Source: Octopus sinensis
Lineage: Eukaryota
Direction of reading: 5' to 3'
NCBI RefSeq assembly: GCF_006345805.1
Contig: NW_021828019.1
Coordinates: 1-9,442 of the forward strand
DNA: 9,442 nucleotides
Under the pieces are notes generated by a model. That model worked only from the letters and a program-made list of their open reading frames with translations, did not search any database and was not told the origin of the DNA. The first letter of the stretch is position 1. Each line of letters starts with the position of its first letter. Shown here one piece after another: positions 1 through 7,031 of the stretch. A program made the position numbers and the translations under genes.

Positions 1-77
1 GCTCACGTGGTGGTAGTGGTCATATACACTTCTAGAATTATACACACGACACACACATGCGTCTATACTTACATATG

Positions 78-149
78 AATATATATATATATATAATATA
101 TATATATGTATATATATTTACATAGTTACATACGTACATATATATATAT
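78..149. repeat. Interrupted (AT)n microsatellite
   Basis: Alternating AT run with a few interruptions, read directly. Confidence 0.95.
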
Positions 150-432
150 GTGTGTATGTGTGCATGTGTGCGTGTGCATGTGTGTGTGTATTTATGTGTA
201 TATATATGTGTGTGTGTGTGCGCGCGCATGTGTGTGTGTCTCTGTCTGTGTCTGTGTGTATATGTATGTATTTATGTATGTATGTATGCATGCATGTATG
301 CATGTATGCATGCATGTATGTATGCATGTATGTATGCATGTATGCGTGTATGTATGTTTGTATGCATGTATGCATGTAGGCATGCATCCATGTATGTAGG
401 TATGTATGTATGTATGCATGTATGTATGTATG
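148..432. repeat. Compound microsatellite: (TG)n with a (CG)n core, then a TATG/CATG variant tetranucleotide array
   Basis: TG repeats at ~148-260 with gtgcgcgcgcatg at ~218-230; mixed TATG and CATG units at ~260-432. Confidence 0.95.
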
Positions 433-1080
433 ACTGAATGAATGTATGTGTGAGCGCGGTTATATATATTGCATAAAACTATACGTATATATAGCGGCAG
501 GAGCAATGATATGCAACACTCGTGCGTAGGTATGTGTATTTTCAGATTTGAAACGTATTATAAACAGCTCTCTGCACGCTTGTATATACAGCATAACTTA
601 TCTCTTAAAACATTCGATATACAACATTTAGAAGATATTTATATGTGAATTTACACCAATATGAATACATACCTTTATACACATACACACGCCCTCACCC
701 TGCGTGTTTATGTAAATATACATTGGTACATAACAAAACAATACTTTTATGCATACACATTTTGTGTACTCCATGAGCCAATATTACGTAATTCGGAACC
801 CCTAGAAACAGCTTGTAGGACCCGAAATACGATGCCTTCCCCATTAGTTTTTGTATTATTTTGTACTCCATATAAACTTGTTTTGTAAGCATTTAAATAT
901 TTATATGCTTATCCACGAGTGTTCATCTAAATATTCTCAGATTTTGTTTCTCGCTCGCTCTCTCGTTATAAATATTCCTGTATTTATTCACATATACATA
1001 TGTATATTCTATATATGAAGACTAAACTTTGTTTATTTGCATCACAATCACCATACACACATATACGTGCACATACACAA

Positions 1081-1083
<3 letters not shown>

Positions 1084-1116
<33 letters not shown>

Positions 1117-1124
1117 ACACACAC
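1084..1124. repeat. (CA)n microsatellite
   Basis: About 20 CA units with one TA interruption. Confidence 0.95.
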
Positions 1125-1476
1125 AAACCCAAACCCAAACACCCATACGTATATGCACGTACATATATGTGTATATCTTTTCCCATGCATAGACGTGTAT
1201 TCCTATACATGCACCTGCGTGTATATTTATGGATTAAGTACCGCATATATAGTGAAAACATTTATTTGCGCAAAGCTTTTGAAAGAGATTCCAATAAAAT
1301 TATATAAATCCATGTTTAAAGCGGTAATAAAATATAATTAACAATTTATATAGAAGAAATAAGCGAAGGGACATATAAAGGTTGAGCAAAGTTGTCTCAA
1401 TAAAATATATATATTCCTTTTTCCTCGTGGAATTGAATCATGTTACAAGTAGACAGACGTTGATACGAATATGTAT

Positions 1477-1527
1477 TATCGTCGTCATCGTCGTCATCAT
1501 CGTCATCATCGTTGTCATCATAATAAT
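1477..1527. repeat. Mixed trinucleotide microsatellite (TCG/TCA)n ending in (TAA)n
   Basis: tatcgtcgtcatcgtcgtcatcatcgtcatcatcgttgtcatcataataat. Confidence 0.9.
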
Positions 1528-1877
1528 CAGTGGATGAAAGAAACAAGACGCGTAAGAGAAAAATAAGTAAAGTTTATCCTAGATGGTAGACCTGAAATAG
1601 AATAAAATCTGTAAAAATATCTAGGCTTTGTATAGCCTACTTTGCTTCCAATGTATTTTATATTGAAATGAATTTTCAAGGATTAAAGCATAATAAATGG
1701 TTCATAAAAAAAGAGCTTTTGTAGAGAATACAGACAAAAAACCTTGTAAATATCATGAAAATATTTTATCATACAATCTGTTTGGTAGAGTGCTCAATGA
1801 AAAAAATTATATTCGGGTTACTTTTAAAAGTCTGATAACACAGGTATGTGCTAACGTTATATATCATGCGGAGATAT

Positions 1878-1882
1878 GCACA

Positions 1883-1960
<78 letters not shown>
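1878..1960. repeat. Compound (CA)n(TA)n microsatellite
   Basis: CA run to ~1918, followed by a TA run. Confidence 0.95.
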
Positions 1961-1962
<2 letters not shown>

Positions 1963-2180
1963 CAACAGATCGCCATGTTGATTCGCTAGCCTCTGCACGC
2001 ATTTTTTTTCTCTCCTTGTTTCTTTCTGTGTTTCTTTTCTGTGTATCTTTCTGTTGAAGAGCGTAGGCTCGAAACGTAAAAGACTTGTTTTATTTATATT
2101 CCTGAGCGCCATACTAATACAATTGTTTGTTTGTATTCCACCTGCCTTCGTCTTTTGTTTATTTTCATAAAGCTTCCCGT

Positions 2181-2226
2181 TATATATATATATACATATA
2201 CATACATACATACATACATACATACA

Positions 2227-2257
<31 letters not shown>
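2181..2257. repeat. Compound (TA)n(TACA)n microsatellite abutting a SINE head
   Basis: Short TA run, then ~14 TACA units ending at the ataggcgtgg SINE start. Confidence 0.95.
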
Positions 2258-2258
<1 letters not shown>

Positions 2259-2412
2259 GGCGTGGCTGCGTGGTAAGAAGCTTGCTCACCACCTCATGCT
2301 TCAGGGTTCAGTCCCACTGCGTGGCAACTTGGGCAAGTGCCCTCTACTATAGTCTCGGGCCAACCAGAGCCTTGTGAGTCGATTTGGAGGACAGAAATTG
2401 GAAGAAATTCGT
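2259..2412 (+). mobile_element. tRNA-derived SINE, 5' half (octopus-type), 3'-truncated
   Basis: A-box-like TGGCTGCGTGG (2263-2273) and B-box-like GGTTCAGTCCC (2305-2315), then ttgggcaagtg...gccttgtgag. Clearly homologous (roughly 80% by eye) to the reverse complement of 3370-3492. Family assignment is from memory of octopus repeats. Confidence 0.85.
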
Positions 2413-2433
2413 AGCAGTAGAAAAAAAAAAACA

Positions 2434-2488
2434 CTGACCAACGCATGCGCGGGGGAGCAAGCTTCTTGCCACAGTCACAACTACGCCT
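2434..2488 (-). mobile_element. SINE head fragment of the same family, opposite orientation
   Basis: Reverse complement reads ataggcgtagttgtgactgtggcaagaagcttgctccc. 2455-2472 matches the reverse complement of 2270-2287 at 17/18, and 2483-2490 matches 2256-2263 at 8/8. Confidence 0.7.
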
Positions 2489-2689
2489 ATGTAGATATTC
2501 ATTTATTTATTTTGTTTGTTTTATTTTTTGTTTATTTATATAGTTATTTATTTATTTCTGCATATTACTTTGTATGGATATGAAATAATACCAGCAGGTA
2601 TTGGTCTGAACTTAAGTGTGAGATTGTCTTGGTGTTTAGAACAAAGTAAAAACGAGAAAACAAAACCTATTTTTATCATTTAACTAAAG

Positions 2690-2910
2690 CCTTACAGTGT
2701 CCTTCACATTTTGTTGTTTTCTAGCCCCAGTTTGGCCTTGATCCAGCAAACCTTTGATTCCATTCCAGATGTGACCATCCATCTTTTTCCCAATTCTCCA
2801 GGATAACCTCACTGAAATATCCAACAGGTTTCTTTTTTTAAGACAGTGTGGCTGAGCTTGAGAGATATTTAGCGGTTCTTTCTAACAGATCTGCGACCAC
2901 ATAAATGCTC
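2690..2910. repeat. Possible eroded dispersed repeat copy
   Basis: Motifs ctagccccag, gtgaccatcc and gcgaccac resemble a common octopus interspersed repeat as remembered. 3040-3075 loosely resembles 2865-2900. Not verifiable within the window. Confidence 0.3.
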
Positions 2911-3099
2911 GTGTCTTTGAGCTTTCTCATAATAGAGTATGATTTCAGTAAAATTTGAGAGCACTTCCGAGAAATTCAGAGACACTGTAGAGGAATCTGA
3001 TAGAATTATATCATTCAAATTTTACGGCATTTTCCGAAAAATTTGGCATCTATTTCCAGCAGATTAACAGCTGCCGCATCGTACTATGGTTCTATATAT

Positions 3100-3492
3100 T
3101 CTTTCTTTCTTTCTTTCTTTCTTTTTTTCTCTTATTTATTTCAATTATTTGACTGCAGCCATGATGGAGCACCGCCTTTAGTCAAACAAATCGACACCTG
3201 GTCTTCTTCATTTGCCGAAACAACATCGGTTGTCAAGCGATGGTGCTGGGTGGGACAAACATAATTACACGAACACACACGCACACACACACACACACAC
3301 ACACTCACACACACACACGTGTATATATATATATGTATATATATACGATAGGCTTTTTTAATTTATTAACAAGGCTTTGGTAGGCTCGAGGCTGTAGCAG
3401 AAGACACTTGCCCAAGGTGCCAAGCAGTGGGATTGAACCCGGAATCATGTGGTTCTTAAGGAAGCTACTTATCACACAGACACTCCTGCGCC
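3100..3492 (-). mobile_element. Near full-length tRNA-derived SINE with internal (TA)/(TG) microsatellite and (AAAG)n tail
   Basis: On the minus strand it starts ggcgcaggagtg, has B-box GGTTCAATCCC (3429-3439), a body homologous to 2320-2375, an internal microsatellite at ~3266-3346, a 3' region aaggcggtgctcca (shared exactly with 6215-6228), and an (AAAG)n tail at ~3100-3124. Confidence 0.85.
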
Positions 3493-3700
3493 TATACATT
3501 ATTTTCGTTATATTGATTGTCTTTCTTATATACACGAGTATAATATATTTCATTCGTAGTATTTAATATTTAAATTAAATTCTATCGATTTTCTTAAAAT
3601 GTAAACACTTGACCAATATTTACGTATGCATACGTATAATATGCATTATATCATTCCATTCTATTGCAGGTAGTAAATGACTGTATCTTGAAATAATGAC

Positions 3701-3850
3701 TTTTGATTTTGGTACCAAGACCAGAGATTTGAGAGGCTGATGTTGGTCGAGTTCATACTAAAATTCCTAGTATCTGACTGGTACTAGATTATCTCCGAAT
3801 CAGGGGGATGAAAGACAATTTTGAATTCCGAGGGATGTTAGCTCGAAAGG
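3701..3850 (-). mobile_element. Degenerate fragment of a second SINE family
   Basis: Minus-strand motifs ctttcatcc (3806-3814) and agtaccagt (3778-3786) are in the order remembered for a mollusc SINE central domain. Heavily diverged. Confidence 0.4.
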
Positions 3851-4137
3851 AAAAGAGCTGGAAAAAATAACGCATGTTTTAAGGAGCTAATGAAATATAA
3901 AATGTTAACCTAGTCAGACTGGGGCCCTTTTATCTAACTTTACCCTTCACCAGGGATACTGAGTAAAAAAATAAATAGTTGCGTCTACACCTCAGGAGTA
4001 AAGATTGCCGGCAAAATAATGGACGTGTGTTGTTAATTCCCGATTTACTGGGATTCTGGCAATGATGGCATTTAAATTATTCCCGCTATAGCGAGAATAC
4101 GCTTTGTCAGGGTTAAATAAAACGGTACCAGAAAGAA

Positions 4138-4306
4138 TGTCCGGGCAAAATTGTTTGTGGAAGAGCAGCAGTCGCTCATGCATACCAGTCTCCCCTCTCC
4201 ACACCACTGATGTTATCCAAGGGAATGGCAAAGGAGCCGATACAGCATGGTGCCAGTAATGTCGCAACTCATTTCTACAGCTGAGTGAAATGGAGCAACG
4301 TGAATA
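4138..4306 (-). mobile_element. 5'-truncated body of a third SINE family (CORE-like central domain)
   Basis: Minus strand reads tattcacgttgctccatttcactcagctgtagaaatgagttgcgac...ttggataacatcagtggtgtggagaggggagactggtatgcatg. GC-richer than the flanks and resembles a remembered octopus SINE body; the tRNA head is absent. Confidence 0.6.
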
Positions 4307-4649
4307 GGCCAATGATAATAGGTCGGTGTTCTAAATTCTGTCTCATATTCATGTTGTTCTTGTAATTATGAAATAATTCCGATAAGAAGTAGAATTTCGC
4401 TATGATATGATAGTCGAGGTGCTCTGATTTCCAGTAGAAAATGATGTGTGTGTGGGAACATACATAGAATCACTAACTTTATTTTGTTCCTTCTTTCTCT
4501 TCCACCATCTGTCTTATATATTTCATGTTTTTTTTTATTTATCTGACGAAGGACTGGCATCCGAAATGTCAAAACTCTTTTCGTTCTAATACGACATTTA
4601 TTAATATTAAAGTTTGTTCCACTCGTGTTATCTTCTCTTTTGCTTATTA

Positions 4650-4651
<2 letters not shown>

Positions 4652-4685
<34 letters not shown>
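4652..4685. repeat. (TA)n microsatellite
   Basis: Perfect AT run of about 34 nt. Confidence 0.95.
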
Positions 4686-4688
<3 letters not shown>

Positions 4689-4738
4689 ATAATAAAACGA
4701 ATGGTAGCTTACTGCACTGAACCGGTTGTTTAGTGTTC

Positions 4739-4783
4739 CACCTGTGAGGGATCGACGTTAGATGTGTCGAAACAATTGTTGTG
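4739..4783 (+). ncRNA. Degenerate minimal type I hammerhead-ribozyme-like motif
   Basis: CAC|CTG-TGA|GGGA...GTC|GAAAC|AATT|GTT|GTG: 3-bp stem I, core lacking A6, weak stem II, palindromic stem III ACAATTGT, GUU triplet. Confidence 0.45.
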
Positions 4784-4831
4784 TTAATAATAAATTCTCG
4801 TATATTCCATATTCCGTCTTTCATTTGCCAT

Positions 4832-4894
4832 GTGTTTTTTGTATCGTCTTCTAAATGTTTTACGTTCTTGTCCCAGTTTGTATTTTTCTACATA
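4832..4894 (+). repeat. 63-bp direct repeat, copy 1
   Basis: gtgttttttgtatcgtcttctaaatgttttacgttcttgtcccagtttgtatttttctacata; identical to 5676-5739 except for one T in the T-run. Confidence 0.97.
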
Positions 4895-4974
4895 AAATAT
4901 ATATAGCGACGTCCGTACCCTCGTTGGCCTTTTGTAAGTACATATTCCTGTAAATTTGGTACGACTCTACACAC

Positions 4975-5226
4975 TGTCTCTCTCTCTCCTACATTTCTCT
5001 GCCTTTCACACTTTGCACTCTACTTTGATATGTCCCCTTCTCTCTCTCTACTTCTCCTCCTTTTCTCTTTTCTTGCCACTGATTCTTTGGTCTACTCTTC
5101 CCACACTCTCTCACATTTCTCTGTCTTTCTCACTTTGCACTCACAAGCCAATCCTTGGCACGCGCTCTTTCTCCCCTCTTTAATTCCTTCTTTCTCTCTC
5201 TTCTCCCCCCTTTGTGGCCTTCGTCC

Positions 5227-5257
<31 letters not shown>

Positions 5258-5298
5258 CTTTGTTTCCTTTGCCCACTTTCTTTTCTCTCTCTTCCCTC
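4975..5298 (+). repeat. Pyrimidine (CT)-rich low-complexity tract with (CT)n at ~5231-5257 and an internal 30-bp direct repeat
   Basis: Strong C/T bias; 4991-5020 and 5113-5142 match at 28/30. Confidence 0.9.
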
Positions 5299-5584
5299 AC
5301 GTGACCGCTGGTCAAAATCAGCTTTTTGACCTCCGACCACTGCCGTGAGAACATCGTTGTCTTCGTCTGCCGATAAAGGCATTATTTCCAAATACGCCAG
5401 CTAAATTTGTTGTACTGTTTATTAGTCGTAAGGCACCCGCTGTTTTTGTCCTGTTTTTACCATTATTGTTTTTTGTATTTTATATTTGTGTGGCATCGTC
5501 CGTTTTTCTGTCCCTGTTTCGTATACATTCGATCCTTCTTCCAAGAAATCTAATGCTCGTAGCTTAGTTTTCCTTGGGGCTGGC

Positions 5585-5676
5585 CGGATCGGAGCGATCT
5601 CAAGATTAATCAGCCGAAATTGCTAGGATGATCGGCTCTCTTGACTGAAGATTGAAGGCTTCGAATGTTCCGTCCG
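5585..5676 (+). ncRNA. Type III hammerhead-ribozyme-like three-way junction with a non-canonical core
   Basis: Stem III 5585-5595 / 5667-5676; AUC at 5597-5599; stem I 5600-5605 / 5639-5644 extended by 5612-5617 / 5632-5637; CUGAAGA at 5645-5651; stem II GAA/UUC at 5654-5662; GAA at 5663-5665 (the canonical core has GAAA). Confidence 0.45.
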
Positions 5677-5739
5677 TGTTTTTTTGTATCGTCTTCTAAA
5701 TGTTTTACGTTCTTGTCCCAGTTTGTATTTTTCTACATA
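5676..5739 (+). repeat. 63-bp direct repeat, copy 2 (64 nt)
   Basis: Matches 4832-4894 with one extra T. Confidence 0.97.
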
Positions 5740-5812
5740 TAATAGATATATACTATATATATATATATATTATATATATATATATATATATAATATATAT
5801 ATATATATAGTA
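5740..5812. repeat. Interrupted (TA)n microsatellite
   Basis: Read directly. Confidence 0.95.
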
Positions 5813-5818
5813 TATTGA

Positions 5819-5966
5819 GCATTACTATACATAAATGCCACACGCTAGGAGGGACTCTTAAAGTCAAAACCAAAATAAATGAACACATCCTACCGGTGTT
5901 TATTTATTTTTAAAGTTTTGAATTTAAGAGTCCCTCCTAGCGTGTGGCATTTATGTATAGTAATGC
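5819..5966. mobile_element. Palindromic MITE-like (foldback) element with 44-bp perfect inverted arms
   Basis: 5819-5862 is the exact reverse complement of 5923-5966. Pairing continues inward (5864-5870/5915-5921, 5872-5880/5902-5910, 5882-5886/5896-5900) around a 9-nt loop. The inverted repeat is certain; the MITE identity is inferred and no TSD is evident. Confidence 0.7.
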
Positions 5967-6085
5967 CCTCTATGTGATATAGATAATTATATTTAAGAGA
6001 AATTGGTCGATTTTCTCTTATGAGGTTTTTTTCGCGCTAACTACTTGATAAATTCTTATAAGATTTTATCCTATTTTTAAATTAT

Positions 6086-6110
6086 ACACACCACACACAC
6101 ACACACACAC

Positions 6111-6169
<59 letters not shown>

Positions 6170-6171
6170 TA
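6086..6171. repeat. Compound (CA)n(TA)n microsatellite
   Basis: Read directly. Confidence 0.95.
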
Positions 6172-6177
6172 CATTAT

Positions 6178-6228
6178 TCTTTACTTTTTTCAGCTCATTT
6201 GGTTGTGGCCATAGTGGAGCACCGCCTT
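6178..6228 (-). mobile_element. 3'-end fragment of the same SINE family as 3100-3492
   Basis: tggagcaccgcctt at 6215-6228 is identical to 3165-3178, and the adjacent sequence is also similar (catttggttgtggccat vs tatttgactgcagccat). Confidence 0.75.
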
Positions 6229-6619
6229 ATATTTACATATTGCGATGAACAGAAAGACCAGAAAGAAGCAAGTGACAATAAGCTCACGATCGATATTTTT
6301 AATATGATGCCCAAAGAAAATGACAAGAGTTCCAAGTTTTAAAATTTTGGGACAATGTTCTTTTTGAATAGAATGGAATCTGGAAAAAGAGAGGAAATTC
6401 CGACGCGCCACATGTGCGCTTCAGTTTCTCTAATTTTTCTCTCGCAAACTTTTTCCTCCATCTCTATCTTTACTTTCATTAGAAGACTGTAAATTCTCTC
6501 TCCCCTTCATTCCATCCGTCTCACCTCTGTTACTAACAGTACAGCTTCTGTAGAGGCGGATCCGTTGGATCCTTACCCTCTTATGTCCCCATAATACTGC
6601 CTCACTTGCTTATAGAAGT

Positions 6620-6890
6620 TTTTTTTATTCAGCTGGGGGGCTACTTGCAACATCAGGAAACACGTTATTCATCGCCTCGTATACCAGAGACAGCAATGAC
6701 CCGTCCAGGTTGGCTGCGAATTCAGCTCATTGAAAAGGCCCATGAGAACCGAAATGCATCTGGTAAACTGGGTGGACATTGCTAAAACGGATCTTCGTCT
6801 ACATCTGAAATTTATCGTGTTTTAAACACAGCACAGCTTGTCCAAAAGTGCGTATCTCAGGACAGATACCGCAGTAATTTGACTGTCGAC
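6620..6890 (+). pseudogene. Possible eroded 3' end of an RTE-type non-LTR retrotransposon ORF
   Basis: Across frameshifts it translates as ...PRIPE...GW.../KRP...WVDIAKTDLRL.../SQDRYR, loosely like the RTE C-terminal pattern R.P...RP.GRP..W.D....DL...AQDR..WR. Weak evidence. Confidence 0.25.
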
Positions 6891-6966
6891 AATGTATATA
6901 TATGAAGTGTGATACACAGCTGGGTGTACATACACACACAGATATATATTACGCACACCTCACACA

Positions 6967-6968
<2 letters not shown>

Positions 6969-7014
<46 letters not shown>

Positions 7015-7030
7015 ATATATATATATATAT
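6969..7030. repeat. (TA)n microsatellite
   Basis: Read directly. Confidence 0.95.
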
Positions 7031-7031
7031 G

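Larger units (their letters stand above)
4687..5739 (+). mobile_element. Putative non-autonomous Penelope-like/retrozyme-like element, or two tandem copies sharing one terminus
   Basis: Bounded by (TA)n on both sides; contains a 63-bp direct repeat, two hammerhead-like motifs on the + strand and a CT-rich interior; no RT or GIY-YIG ORF. The class assignment is inference. Confidence 0.45.

Noticed and set aside
38-506. Cluster of overlapping ORFs (63-104 aa) on both strands
   Set aside because: These are translations of AT/TG/TATG microsatellites (YIYI, CVCV, MYVC, HTCI), which lack stop codons by composition.
1622-1639. 6-bp hairpin TAGGCT/AGCCTA
   Set aside because: Short enough to be expected by chance in 9 kb.
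984-2292. ORFs of 68-142 aa, including 1000-1341 and 1864-2292
   Set aside because: They are held open by (CA)n, (TA)n and (TACA)n runs; no recognisable domain or coding-like composition.
2259-2320. tRNA gene
   Set aside because: A and B boxes are present, but there is no cloverleaf or acceptor stem, and the sequence continues into a SINE body.
3650-3680. Acceptor-like ttgcag|g
   Set aside because: Weak pyrimidine tract, followed by stop-rich sequence and a SINE remnant.
3992-4312. 106-aa minus-strand ORF
   Set aside because: It largely overlaps a SINE body and has no protein-family motif.
4366-4824. Longest ORF (152 aa, minus strand)
   Set aside because: It crosses a (TA)n tract and the element boundary, with no RT, GIY-YIG or other motif.
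4956-5391. Leu/Ser-rich and Glu/Arg-rich ORFs resembling membrane or charged proteins
   Set aside because: They are artefacts of the CT/GA low-complexity tract.
5565-5615. Minus-strand hammerhead (CTGATTA ... GAAAAC)
   Set aside because: CTGATTA violates the essential G8 and no stem II forms; the + strand reading fits better.
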